A stretch of 64,000 bases of DNA from Okamejei kenojei (lineage: Eukaryota). The stretch covers positions 135,284,001 to 135,348,000 of the forward strand of contig CM069132.1 of NCBI GenBank assembly GCA_035221665.1, written 5' to 3'. The notes under the pieces are model-generated. The model worked only from the letters and a program-made list of their open reading frames with translations, made no database searches and was not told where the DNA came from. Shown here piece by piece: positions 1 through 13,475 of this stretch. Position numbers and translations under genes: made by a program. The stretch's first letter is position 1. The number at the start of each line of letters is the position of its first letter.

Positions 1-423
1 AACTACCTCCTCTGGCAGCTTGTTCCATACACCCACCACCATTTGCGTGAAAAGGTTACCTCTCTGATTCCTATTAAATCTCTTCCCCTTCACCTTGAAC
101 CTATGTCCTTTGGTCCTCGATTCCGTTAACATGGGCAAAAGACTGTGTGCATCTACCCGATCTATTCCTCTCATGATTTTGTATTCCTCTATAAGATATT
201 CCCTCATCCTCCTGTGCTCCATGAAATAGAGACCCAGCCTACTCAACCTTTCCCTATAGTTCACACCTTCTATTCCTGGCAACATCCACATAAATCTTTT
301 CTGAACCCTTTCAAGTTTGACAATATCTTTCCTATAACATGATGCCCAGAACTGAACACAATATTCTAAATGCACTCACCAACGTCTTATACAACTGCAA
401 CATGACCTCCCAACTTCTATACT
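1..423 (-). mobile_element. CR1-type LINE ORF2 3' fragment
   Basis: Reverse complement of the same CR1 segment seen at 31920-32555 (aggtgaaggggaagagatttaataggaat...). Boundaries approximate. Confidence 0.8.
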
Positions 424-595
424 TTGGAACTTGGTGGAACCAGTCTGTTGCTGAAGATACTCCTCAGGTTGACCAGTGTATCATGGAGGAGGTGAGCTCT
501 GTTGTCCAGGATGCTCCGCAGTTTGAGGAGCATCCTCCCCTCCAAGACGACCCCCCATGAATCCAACTCTGCCCCCAGGACGGGGCCAGCCTTCC
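424..595 (-). mobile_element. Rex1/Babar-type LINE fragment
   Basis: Minus strand reads LGAELDSWGVVLEGRMLLKLRSILDNRAHLLHDTLVNLRSIFSNRLVPP, resembling a Rex1-clade RT C-terminus. Confidence 0.55.
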
Positions 596-974
596 TGAAA
601 CCATAGCTATAACAGTATGGAGAAGGCTCCAGACCCCAGAACTTGCTTATCCATATCCTCCAGGGATTCTGCTTGACCTGCCGAGTTACTTTGAACCTCT
701 ACACTTCAAAAGCAAGCAAGTTGCTAGAACAAGCCACAGTGATTCATGAATTAGTAGTAAAGAACTGACTCTAGATTCCAGCATCTGCAGCTGCTTGTGT
801 CTCCATTCAACTGCTATTCTTCCTCAACAGGAGCGCCACACATTTTCCCATCTATTGTTAATTCATGGACATCAACAGGTTGCATTAGAGTTGGTAAGAA
901 ATACATGGAACAATAACAGCAACGTGCATTTCAACTGCATACTTAACATATCTTTCATGGTGTCATTTGTACAA

Positions 975-1585
975 GAACATTGGCAACAATTATACAAGAC
1001 ATTGGTGAGGCCACATTTGGAGTACTCTGTTCAGTTTTGATCAGTCTGCTATAGGCCGGAAATTAAGCTGGAAAGAGAGCAGAGAAGATTTACGAAGTTG
1101 TTGCCAGGACTTGAGGGGCTGAGCTAAAAGGAGAGTTTGGACAGCTAAGACAATATTCCTTGGAGCGCAGGAGGATCAGGGGCGATAGTTAGGATGAATG
1201 CATGGTAGCGGAATCAAAAACCAGAGGTCTTAGGTTTAAATTGAGAGGGACAAGATTTAATAGAGACCTGAGTGATAGGGCATATATGGAACAAGCTGCC
1301 AGAGGAGGTAGATGAGGCAGGTGGAATGTAACAGCATTTAAAAGAAGCCTCACGGGTCGATCTGCGGTCAGCGGTTGATGAGAGTGTGGGGGAACAGATG
1401 TGAGGGGAAGAACAATAGAGGACCCAAGCAAAGAATTCCACTGTCACCTGTGACAATAAATTAGTCCATCCAAGATACTTGCAACAGATTTAGTGGGATA
1501 TTGGGCAAACACAGGCAAATGGATGTGACATATTGGTTGGCATGGATAAGCTGGACTGATGGGAATTAATCCAACTGTATGACTG
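975..1585 (+). mobile_element. Degenerate CR1-type LINE fragment
   Basis: QLYKTLVRPHLEYSVQF motif and CR1 3' UTR remnant; boundaries approximate. Confidence 0.75.
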
Positions 1586-2142
1586 TATGGCCATGGCTCT
1601 AATTAAAACAATTAGCACAAAGTCACGTGAATGGTTTGGAAGATTAACAAATGGCTTGGACATAAAAAAAATAGCTTTGACAAATGATGCTGAAATAGAT
1701 GAGGCTTTATCTAGCTGCCATCTCTCTAAACCCAATTGCTTTCTCTCATTTGACTCATTGCTTCTGCCACATCCATTATTGGAGGAACAGCAATTTCTCC
1801 AGTTTGTTGTTTTCCAACATAAAATTCATTTCCTGGCTAATGCTTGCATTTCTGGCATCTGCCTAAAGCTGAGCCAGACTGCAACCTTGCTTTTCTGTTT
1901 GGCTCTGAAATTTGTTTCCTATCTCCAATCTATCATGCCATTGAAGCTGTCTAGTTTCACCTCTATTGCATTGCATAGCATTGACCCTGCCTCAGGTTAC
2001 CAGCTGTTGATATCCTCATCCAAGCCACATTTATCTTTCGATGTAATGAGTCCAATGCTTTCCTGACCACTCTCTCACCTTCCAACCTTTGTAAACTCAT
2101 GCTCATACCAGCATATAGCTTGGTCCAAGATTCGTTCACCCA

Positions 2143-2143
<1 letters not shown>

Positions 2144-2176
<33 letters not shown>
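2144..2176. repeat. Poly-C tract (poly-G tracts also at 34753-34779 and 62649-62674)
   Basis: Homopolymer visible directly. Confidence 0.95.
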
Positions 2177-2677
2177 ATGCTTGCTGATCCAAATTGGGCA
2201 ATCTTATTTTTATCTTAAAATTCTCTTCCTAATTTTCAATCCTTTCATTGCGTGCAAGCATATCCAGCTCCTGAAATTTTCCACATTTTTCCTTATCCAC
2301 CCTTTTGTTAAGTCCTGACTTTTGACCCTTGCTCACATTCCGCTATTTGGCCGGAAACTGGGAAGTTCACTTCCTCAACCTTACCACATCATCAAAGGTC
2401 CTCTTTAGAACCTAACCCTTGGTCTTGATAGCATCAGAAATGTGGTGCAAATGGTGGCAGAGATGAAGAGCTTTGGAAGGATCTCGAGAATATGAAGGTT
2501 CAGATGTCGAAGCAAAAATGGGACATCTCCTAATAAAGTGCATCACTAATAAGATACTTCCTACCCACTCCTCCACTCCCACACCCAGTCCCTTTCTTCA
2601 TTAAGTTGATGGGGATAATGCAAATTTCTTAACTTCTGCAGTTACTTGCCAATGGTGAGAACTGTTATCTCTATTAT

Positions 2678-2985
2678 CTTTAGTTTAGTTTAGAGATACA
2701 GCACAGAAACAGGCCCTTCAGGCCCCCCAAGTCCGCACCCAGCAGCGATCCCCGCACAGCAACATTGTCCTACACCCTACGCACACTAGGGACAATTTAC
2801 ATTTATACACTTTTTCCAAGCCAAATAACTTACAGAGCTGTGCATCTTTGGAGTGTGGAAGGAAACAGAAGATCTCGGAAAAAAATCCATGCGGTCACAG
2901 GGAGAACGTACAAACTTCGTACAGACAGCACCCATAGTTAGGATCGAACCTGGTGCTGTAAGGCACCAGCTTCTACCACTGCGTC
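2678..2985 (-). repeat. tRNA-derived V-SINE (HE1-like)
   Basis: tRNA-like head, central GTACGTTCTCCC..GACC domain, (TAAAC)n tail; same family as the other copies. Confidence 0.8.
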
Positions 2986-4175
2986 ACCTCATCAGGGTTG
3001 AATCACCACTGTCTGCATTGACATGTTCCTCGCTATTCATTTCTTATTTAGAAGAGCCTCCTCCCTTATCATCATTGGGACCCAAATCAAATTATGGATT
3101 GTCTCTTGATGGATTAAGTTGGATCCTTATTCTTTCTTGGTGATAATATGATTTCTTGTTATTTCTGCTGTTCAGTTCAGTGATTTAGATTAACACCCAT
3201 CCTTGTCACTTCAATCTTAAAATACTTATCCTTGTTTTCCATGTAATATGTTATAGCTTAATGTTCAGAAATTTGCTGCAACTTTTAATTATCATTCATT
3301 TTCTTTCATGCTGTGATGTTGAGGACCGTGTCTGACAAGGATGTCAAAGCAATAGTATAAAATTATTGATGCTAATTGTCTGCTCTTTCTCAAGTTTACT
3401 TGCAGATGGGACATGGCCCCAAAGCAGTACCTGGCCATAAAGTATCTGAAACATGCACAGTAAGCAATCTGGTCTGTTAATAGCTTACAGGCCAAAAGCA
3501 CAAATAGGGGCAGTCTATTCTGAAGGATCATAAAGGTGGAATGAGTTCCGAGAGACTGATGGAAGGGAGTTTGACAAAGTGACGAAGAAAAGTTTCAGAG
3601 ACTGATGTGAAGGAGTTGAGGAGACTGATGTGATACGTTGAATGACGCTGCAGGAGACATTACATCAAAAAGAAACTGAGCATCTGCTTGTGAAAATTGC
3701 AAACTCTGAGCATTTATTCATTCAAAACAGTTGCAAGAAACAACATTTGCGCTGTCATGCCCCTTTAAGACCCAATTCGTGGGTGTTATTCAATTCTACT
3801 CTCTAATAGATAGCAAAACATTCTTGCAACAAACATGTCTTGATTAGCACTGTGATTGTGGAGCTCAGCCAATTCAGAGACAATTAAAAATAACTATGGG
3901 TGTGGGAAATCCAAAACCCAAACAGAGAACGCTAGAGACACTCAGTAGGTTTAGGTTTATTATTGTCACATGTAGCGAGGTACAGTGAAGAGCTATGTTT
4001 TGCATGCTATCCAAACAGGTTAGATATCTGGTGGCATCTCTGGAAAAATAAATAGAATTAATGTTTCAGGTCGAAGATTCTTCATCGGAACTGTCTTCAG
4101 GTTTAATGCTTAGCTCCTGCTGCATAATGCAATTAACCTGGGGTGAGGATATGTGTGACAACATGCTTCAACCCA

Positions 4176-4600
4176 TTGTCATAGAGTCATATCACACAGA
4201 AACAGGCCCTCTACACCTCAACCAAGATGCCTCATCTAAGCTAGTCCCATTTGCCTGCATTTAGCCAATATCCCTCTAAACCTTTCCTATCCATGAACCT
4301 TTCCAAGTGCTTTTAAACATTGTTATTGTATCTGTCTCACCTAAGTCCTCTGGTTGCTCATTCCATATACCCATCAGCTTCTGCATGAAAAGGTTGCTCC
4401 TCAGGTTCCAATTAAATCTTCCCACCTCACCTTAGGAGACCTATCTCCTCTGGTTCTTGATTCCCCTACCCTGGGTAAAAGACAGTGCATTCCTCCGATC
4501 AATTTCTATCATGATCTATAGCTCAGGCCCCCAAGTCATGGCAACATCCTCATAAATCTGCTCTGCACTTTTCAGCTAAATGACCTCCTTCCTACAGCAT
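4176..4600 (-). mobile_element. Degenerate CR1-type LINE 3' fragment
   Basis: atagagtcat...aaacaggccc tail and ORF2-like body; boundaries approximate. Confidence 0.7.
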
Positions 4601-5025
4601 TCATTCATCATCATTGAAAACATTAGCGACACAGTAGTGCTGGTTTCCAACAGGAATGGTGACGGAAGCACCACTCATCTCTTTCCTCCAGTTCCTGCGG
4701 ACTTCTGTCGCTGGGAGTATAGGATTTTGGTGTGTGTGTTTTATCATCATTCCTTACAATGCTATGTATGACAGTGATCGCAACTTCTATTGAAGTGGGG
4801 ATGGTCATTGGCTCGCTAGAAGCTCCTCCGCCCTTTGACAGATCTTGTTTTTGGTCCTGCTGGGGCTCCACAGCCCCCTCCTCACCTGGCAAACCAGGTG
4901 GGGGAGACGGTTTAGTCGCCGACTATCTAACCATGGAGCAGGTAGCACGGGATTATGTGATAGCCGTGGAGGGGCAAACTCCTCCCGACCTGTCCTATAG
5001 CAGGGAAACCAAAACTGAGCAAATT

Positions 5026-5550
5026 TGTGCCCCATATCTGAGGAAGGATGTGCTGCCTCTGGTGAGGGTCCAGAACAGGTTTACAAGAAAGATTCCAGGA
5101 ATGAGTGGGTTAGCATATGATGAGCGTTTGACAGCACTGGGCCTCTACTCGCTGAAGTTTAGAAGGTTGAGGGAGGACCTCATTAAAAATTACAGAATAA
5201 TAAAAGGTATAAAGGGATGTGGAAAGGACATTTCCACTGGTGGGAGAGTCCAGGACCAGAGGTCATAGCCTCATAATTAAAGGGCGCTCTTTTAGAAAGG
5301 TGAGGAGGAACTTCTTTAGTCAGAGGGTAGTTAATCTGTGGAACTCATTGCCACAGAGGGCTGTGGAGGCCAAGTCAGTGAATATTTGTTAAGGCAGAGA
5401 TAGACAAATTGTTGATTAGAATGGGTGTCAAGGGTTATGGGGAGAAAGCAGGAAAATGGGATTAGGAGGCAGCGATCAGCCATGATTGAATGGGGGAGTA
5501 GACTCGATGGGCCAAATGGTCTAATTCTGCTCCTATAACTTGTGAATTTG
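5026..5550 (+). mobile_element. CR1-type LINE 3' fragment
   Basis: APYLRKDVL...VQNRFTRKIPGMSGLAYDERLTALGLYSLKFRRLREDLI plus 3' UTR. Confidence 0.85.
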
Positions 5551-8500
5551 TGACCATCCCAACTTCCATACTCAATACCCTCACTGATAAAGGTCAATGT
5601 ACCAAAAGCCTTCTTTACTAACCCTTCTGTAACGCATTTTTAGGGAGCTGTGTACCAATACTCCTAGATCTCTCTGTTCTGTGCCAGTCATGGTGTACGT
5701 TCTGCCCTACTTTGACTTCCTGAAATCCAACACCTCACACTTATCTACTTTTGTGTCGGAAGAGGTTAATATAACGGAACAGTTCGCTGTTCATTACCAC
5801 CACAAAATAATCATTTAGTCTGCTGCGTCCTAATTTTACAGTCAACTTGGATCAGTGTGTCCTCCCAGCTGTGCATTTCACATCTCCTCCATTCCATCCT
5901 GTCAATTATTAATGCCCACAATTTTAGGCATCTTATTTTCATGCTCTTGAATTCTCTCTCTTTACCTCCCTGCCTCAACAACTCACTTCCTTAAACCCTT
6001 GTCTATGACTAAGTATTTGGCAATTCACTACAAACGGCGAAGAATATCTTAGTCTTTGACCCAGTATTTTTTTTTTACATAGAACGCAGTGTTGGAATAA
6101 TTCAGCAGGTCAGGTAGCACCTCTGGAAGACATGGATAGGCAATGTTTCAGACTGAAGAAGGTCCCTGACCTGAGGTATCACCTATCTATGTTCTCCAGA
6201 GATGCTGCCTGACCCGCTGAGATACTCCAGCTCTTTTCTTCTACGCAAGGTTCCAGCAGGTGCAGTTCTTGCATATCCAGTGTTTTGTTTTCCCATCTGG
6301 TTATGCATGTGGAGCATCTTTGGAAGAGGCTAAGAGGGCTATGTAAATGTATGTTGCAATTGTTAATGTTCGGCAGAGAAAATATATGCCTTGGTCGTCA
6401 GAAACAAAATCACAGCATGTAAAAAAGATTAAAGGAAGCAGATCATTTTATTTGCTGCCAGTTTTAGTCCATAGAATAGGCAAGCAATCGCATTCAGTAG
6501 GTCCATCAATGGTCACATAGCAAAGCTTACCCATTTTTTAAAATTACTGCAAATGTACATGATCAAAAGAATATGAACGGGTAGGATTATTTCCAGAGTA
6601 TTAACGAAGAAAAGTAGTTTGGGATTTTAATGACAATGGACGCCTGACATGAAGAATATTTACAGCATGTACTAAAATATTTACTGTAAGACATTAACAA
6701 GTGGAATAAAAGCAAGCAGAACCATGAAGGAATTGTAACTCAGGCTTGTGGTTGCCTCAGTTTCTGACCTGCTGGCTCAATACAAACACACCAGCCATTG
6801 ATCTCTCGTATATTCAGATCAACTTGATTATAATTGCCCGCCATTGCATGGAAGCAACTGCTTTTCACACGTTGTTCATTGCACCAGTCTCCAGTTAAAT
6901 GTGTCCAAACCATCAGTGGCTCAGGTTCCAACGCCACCACACAGACCTCTTGCTGGGAAGTGAAAGAAACAAAGCAAATTCTGCAGTACAGATATCAAAT
7001 CATGTAGAATATCTGGAAACCCGAGGGGGATAGAAACACATCGGTCATGATTTTTTGGTGAAAAAAGATAATGCCAAACATAAAAAATAAATATTTACAC
7101 AAATATAGCACTGCTAGACAATTTGATTTATACACCAGCTATGGTAAAGGATTAATCTATATCTACAGTGTTGCAGTTTCAAAGGTACAGCCACAATAAA
7201 TTGCACATGAATATAGGTCAGGCAGCAAAGGCACCTCATTATTTACAGAATGAAATATAAAAGTTTAAAAATAAGCTATAAAAAACTAACCATAGCTATA
7301 CTTATATATATACATATACTCTAGTTACTTCCCATTTATCATTTGGGCACATTTTTAATGTCCTTTATTAATGCAAGAAGGGATGTCCCGTGATTAATTG
7401 TCCTTTTCAGACATCCAAATACTCATGCACATTTTCCGAATCATTCATTCTGTTATGCATTTTGAGAAATGCATAGCGGCTCCTTTGTGGGGTACTTAAC
7501 AGGTCCATTGCAGCAATACCTTACAACAAGCAGTCTACTGCCTCAAATGTGAAAATGACTTCTTCACTGGGTATGTAAGATAGTTTGTGGAAATTTCCAT
7601 TCAGAGCTGTTAAAACAAAAACATCATGACAAGAATAAGCACGCCGTGATCAATTCACCCGTAGCATTCATAGACCTCAGAGTTGGACAACCTAAAGAAT
7701 AGATACATGATGGTCTGACCATGGCCATATTCAGCAGTATTCTACAATTGATATTAGATCATAACTGACAGATATCTGAACTCCATTTATTCACCCCGGT
7801 TACTTATCATTAAATACCTGATGAAAATCTATTAATTTAAGTGTTAACATTTTTCTACGGATCCCGAGAAACAAGATGGCTTACAACCCAATGGCATGAA
7901 CAATGTAGTCTCCAATTTTATGTAACTAACCTACATACAACACCCTCCCGCCTTCACTGTGCCCCACCTGGATGTGCATCCATTTCTCCCTTCCCCCTTC
8001 TCCCCCGATCCGTCCAGCTACATTCCTTCCTCTGGCTTCACATTACATGACTCTTCTCTCCTTATCTCGCTACCTTTTGTCTTTTCATCTCTGGCCAACC
8101 TTTGTCCAACCACCTGCCAATAAAAGTGCCCCTCACCTATGTCGACCTATCCCCCATCTTTCTTTCAGCTTTCTCCCTTTCCTCAGTCTGAAGAAGGCAC
8201 ATGGGGACTGAACACAGATGATCAGAGACTTTGCTTCTCCATGTTTTCGAGAGATGCTGCCTGACCCGTTGAGTTATTCCAGCACTTTATGGCTTCATAG
8301 GGTGGTTGTTCCAGACTACCACAGTGTGGTGAGTGCTTTCAGGAGTCATCCCTGAACACAGCCTGGAGTGGAGTGGAATGCTTAATATAACAATAAACAG
8401 AGGAGCAAACACTGGCTGGCAATACCCAGTGTTCAGTCCCCATGTGCCACAGTTTAGATGCACTAATTTCACTGGGCCCTCTTACACAAATGTCATTGTA

Positions 8501-9039
8501 AGAGCATATCCTTCACTGAGTGGTTACAAAAAATATAGATGGATTGAAGCTATTTGCTCGCCTACAAGTGAAAACCTGATGCAGCGGTAGGAAATCGTAA
8601 CGGCAAAATGTATTAAATACAGGGCAAGAAATAAATGGAGAAGCTGGGACTGACAAAGGGGAACTGACAATAAAGAAAAAATGTGGAGATCCAAGAGCCT
8701 GCAGATGCTAAAATCCCGAACAAAAATCGAAATGTTGGAGGGACTCAGCGGGTCAGGCAGCATCTGTGATGGGGGGGGGGGGGGTATGGAGAATTGCATC
8801 AGGTGCCCGACCCTAAACAACACCCATCCATGTTCTCCACAGATGCTGCCTGACACACTGTAATCAAAAGCTTAGAACTTATTTTTCTTGAATTCAGCCT
8901 TGGATATGGCCATCCTAGAATGTGGTATCAATCACGTGTTGCCTGAAAATGCTGGTAGATCTAGTACATAGTTGTATAGTTTACCACCTCACTTTAGAGG
9001 GCATTCGGATTCATCCATTTTGATGTAGGATAGGAGTCG

Positions 9040-9855
9040 TTTGACGTTCAGTGTGGAGAAATATGAGGCTATCCACTTTGGTAGCAAAAACAGGAAGGCA
9101 GATTACATCAAGTTGGGAAAAGGGGAAATACAGCGGGATCTGGGGGTCCTTGCTCATCAGTCTACGAAAGTAAGCATGCAGGTACAGCAGGCAGTGAGGA
9201 AAGCGAATGGCATATTGGCCTTTATAACAAGAGGAGTCGAGTATAGGAGCAAAGAGGTCCTTCTGCAGTTGTACAGAGCCCTAGTGAGACCACACCTGGA
9301 GTATTGTGTGTAGTTTTGGTCCCCTAATTTAAGGAAGGACTTTCTTGCTATTGAGGGAGTGCAACGTAGGTTTACAAGGTTAATTCCCGGGATGGCGGGA
9401 CTGTCATATGCTGAGAGAATGAAGCAGCTGGGCTTGTAGATTCTGGAGTTTAGAAGGATGAGAGGGAATCTTATTGAAACATATAAGATTGTTAAGGGTT
9501 TGGACACGCTGGAGGCAGGAAACATGTTCCCGATGTTGGGGGAGTCCAGAACCAGGGGCCACAGTTTAAGAATAAGGGGTAAGCAATTTAGAAAAGAGAC
9601 GAGGAAACACTTTTTCTCACAGAGTTGTGAGTGTGTGGAATTCTTTGCCTCAGAGAGTGGTGGAGGCAGGTTCTCTGGATGCTTTCAAGAGAGAGCTAGA
9701 TAGGGCTTTTAAAGATAGCGAAGTCAGGGGATATGGAGAAAAGGCAGGAACGTGGTGCTGATTGGGGATGATCAGCCATGATCACATTGAATGGTGGTGC
9801 TGGGTCGATGGGCCGAATGGCCTACTCCTGCACCTATTGTCTATTGTCTACTGTC
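9040..9855 (+). mobile_element. CR1-type LINE ORF2 3' portion with (CTATTGT)n tail
   Basis: FSVEKYEAIHFG...RDLGV...LLQLYRALVRPHLEYCV...RRMRGNLIETYKI; stops present. Confidence 0.9.
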
Positions 9856-10169
9856 TACACTACAATGGGTTTGGACAATTGGCTTATTTTCCTAATGGAC
9901 AATCAGGCAAATTCATTATTGCCTATTATTGCTAATAATTGTGTTTTTCTTGAGCTAAACATGGTTCCTCAATTAAAAGCAATTGAATTCAAATTCTCAA
10001 ATCACTACTGTGAACTTAATTGATGTTCTTTAGACCATGAGTTCATTAACATGAGTTCACTTGGGTAGCTTAAAAGCCAATCGTATGAACATGGAATTCT
10101 CCGTTTTTGATTAACATGTTCCTTTGACCCTCTTTTTTCTCTGCCCAGCCACCCCATCTATCTCACTAT

Positions 10170-10490
10170 CATAGAAACATAGAAAATAGGTGCACGAGTA
10201 GGCCATTCAGCCCTTCGAGCCAGCACCACCATTCAATATGATCATGGCTGATCAACCAAAATCAGTACCCCGTTCCTGCTTTTTCCCGATATTCCTTGAG
10301 CCCCAAGAGCTAAATCTAATTCTTTCTTGAAAACATCTAGTGAATTGGCCTCCACTGTCTTCTGTGGCAGATAATTCCACAGATTCACAACTCTCTGGGT
10401 GAAAAAGCTTTTTCTCATCTCAGTCCTAAATGGCCTTAAACTGTGACACCTGGTTCTGGACTTCCCCAACATCAGGAACATTTTCCCTGC
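10170..10490 (-). mobile_element. CR1-type LINE 3' fragment
   Basis: catagaaacatagaaaataggtgca tail; FFTQRVVNLWN motif. Confidence 0.85.
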
Positions 10491-12494
10491 CCTCCCTTTC
10501 TCCTCCCCCTGTCCCCATTCCCCATCGCCCTCCCCCTGTCCCCTCCCAACTATATCACATCCTCTGGCTTTAAATTTCACTCCTTTTCTCTGGGACAGGG
10601 GGAGGGGGGGAGGGGGAAGAAAGGGGGGAGGGGGGGAGGGGGAAGAAAGAGAGGGAAGGAAAAATGTTCCCGTGTTGGGGAAGTCCTCTGCTCTCCTTAT
10701 CTGACATTCGTTTGTGTCCTTTTTGTGTCCTTTTTTGGCTCCAGACTTTATCCTGGCCCCATCTCTTTTCCAGCTTCCTTCCATCCACTACAATCAATCT
10801 TAAGAAGGGCTCAACCCAAAATATTCACCTATCCATGTGTCCCCCAGTCATACTGCCTGATCCATTGAGTTACACCAATTATTTGTGTTTTGCCTTAGAT
10901 TTGCTATGCTTTGATTTATAAAGGCTTTGAATAACTGTCCTAATGTTTTTATCTGCTTCAGAATCTTAAACATTAGGATGTTATCTGCTCTTAATTTATA
11001 TCTAAATTGTTACAGTGTTTCTTAATGGATTTACACCCACAAAATTAAAATTATGTTCCTGTTGTACACTTTAGGATTGTTGTAGAAAGGAAAGTAATTA
11101 CAAGTTAAGACAGGGAACCCGCTCACTTCTACATAAGAAACACAGTTAAAGTTAATAAATAACAGCCCAAATAAAGCACCATTTGAAACATGCTAATCAC
11201 CTTTGTTATCTTCCCATTTAGGGGTTATTGTTTAGTAAATCACCACTTATCCCTGTTTAAAATGATTAGTCTGATTAATTCTCCAAGACATTCTAACTTA
11301 TAAAATCTCGTTACTTACTGAACTATCTTTGCAAACACTTGCAAGTCAAACCAGTGTTGAGAAGCCTATTGATACATGGGAGACTTTACACTGCCAAAAG
11401 AGTGAAGGAAAGGAACCAAATTAACATTACTAGCTGGTAGATAGATGCTCAGAACAGTAGCTTGTCCAATTGTTGGACAAAGTGTAGAATATAGAGCAAC
11501 ATCCATTCAGCATTGAATCCTACGATTTAAGCACATGTCACTTTCTTCATCATAGCTTAGAATCTAAGTGACAGTGTACATAATAAAAGAATAACAGACA
11601 CAAAAGGTGACCCAAAAACGTCACCTATTCCTTTTCTCCAGAGATACTGCCTGACCCGCTGAGTTACTCCAGCTTTTTGCGTCTGCAGTTCCTCCCTACA
11701 CATAATAAAAGGTGTATCCTAACCCAGTCATTCCTTCTTCTCCCTGCTCCTGTCCGGCAGAAGATACAGATGCTTGAAAGCACGCACCACCAGATTCAGG
11801 AACACGTGATCAGGCTTCTGAACGGTCCTTCCATAATTTAGGGTACTGTTCGATTCACCTCTGCACCGTTGTGGACATTGGACTTTGTCTGTGGAATTGA
11901 TGCACTGCAATGCTAAGAAACGTATTCTGCTCAATGTATCTTCCTCTTTGCTCTCTGTCTATTGTACGTGAGCTTTGATGCTATATCATGGCCAAGGAAG
12001 GAAGGTTCAAGTTGGATATAATTCCTTCTATTTATTTCATAACCAAACAGCCCATTCTCCGTAAATAGACTAACGTAAATAGTCATTAATGAAAAGGGGA
12101 GTTAAGGTGAATAGTAAAAATAATGGGGTGAAGACACAGAGAGGGGGCAAAGAGAGAAAGATAAAGAAAGACATAAAAAAAGGAAAGAGTAGGAGAATAA
12201 TGCAGAATGAAAGAAAAAGGGAGGTGAATAGCAGAAGATAAGCTGCATTTTAATGATTTTAAAACTGGAACTGCAGCAGCAAAACTCATTTCACAAAATT
12301 GACATAATTTCTCATCCAAGATCAGCACATATTGCCAAATCCAATAATCGTTTACAAAGAGTTGGAATTATTGATCATACTCAAATAATATTAGAACATG
12401 ATTGTTCAATGCAACGAGAACTGAATACAAACAATCAGTTAAAAACATAATTTATTCACATCCACAGAGAAAGACATGCAGAAAAGAAAGCATT

Positions 12495-12622
12495 AAAGAA
12501 GCAACTGCAGATGCTGGAGAATCGAGGGTTACACAAAAAGCTGGAGAAACTCAGCGAGTGCAGCAGCATCTAAGGAGCGAAGGAGATAGGCAACGTTTCG
12601 GGTCGAGACCCTTCTTCAGACT
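12495..12622 (-). mobile_element. Penelope-derived mini-element
   Basis: Near-identical to 19482-19608; 14-bp TSD GAAAAGAAAGCATT at 12481-12494 and 12623-12636. Confidence 0.85.
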
Positions 12623-13475
12623 GAAAAGAAAGCATTTGTTTTGTGTTATTTGTCCATACTTTAAAATCTCACAATGCTAGATAACAGTTTGCAGTGGTGG
12701 TCACCACACTGTGGACAGGATGTGATTGTCATCTGGGATGGAGAGACTGGAGAGGCTGGCTTTGTTTTCCTTGAAACAGAGAAGGCCAAGTGGCATCCTG
12801 ATTGAGCTATGTAAATTATGAAGAGCATACAGTGCAGGGAACATTTCCCCAAGACTGAGGCAGCAAAAGAAAGTGGACACAGGTTACCGTTAAGTAATGA
12901 CAAGTTTAAAAGGATCTAAGGAATATTCATGTTTTCACCTAGAGGGTGGTTCGAAGTTGGAAGGTTGGAAGAATGCACTTCCTGTGGGTGGTGGTGGCAG
13001 ATAGTGTCACAATATTTAAGTAGTATCTAAGAGACAACTTGAATTGTCGAAAGCATAGAAGAATATGGACTAAGCACTGGTAAACAAGGTTATTGTAGAT
13101 TGGTAATAAATGGTCCTGTTTCTGTGCTGAAGGACCCTGTGATTCTAATGTTTGAAAAAAATAGACAGATCAGTCCAAAAGTAAACTGTTTGAAACTCTG
13201 AAGTTTTCAAGATTACGGTTTAAATTTGATAGTATCTAGCAGAGAGGCATGGCGACGCAGCAGTAGCGTTGCTGCCTTACAGTGCCAGAGACCCGTGGTC
13301 GATCCTGACTACATGTGCTGCCTGTACTGCGTTTGTAAATTCTCCCCGTGACTGTATGGGTTTTCACCAGGTGCACTGGTTTCCTCCCACATTCCAAAGA
13401 CGTACATGTTTGTAGGTTAATTGGCTTTGGGGGAAAAAACCTGTATGTTGTCCCAAGTGTGAGGATAGTGCTAGT

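Noticed and set aside
1587-2066. 159-aa ORF
   Set aside because: No recognisable domain; overlaps what looks like very old LINE-like sequence; no convincing splice sites.
10242-10921. Cluster of 75-180 aa ORFs
   Set aside because: Composite of a CR1 fragment and low-complexity C/G-rich Penelope-like sequence.
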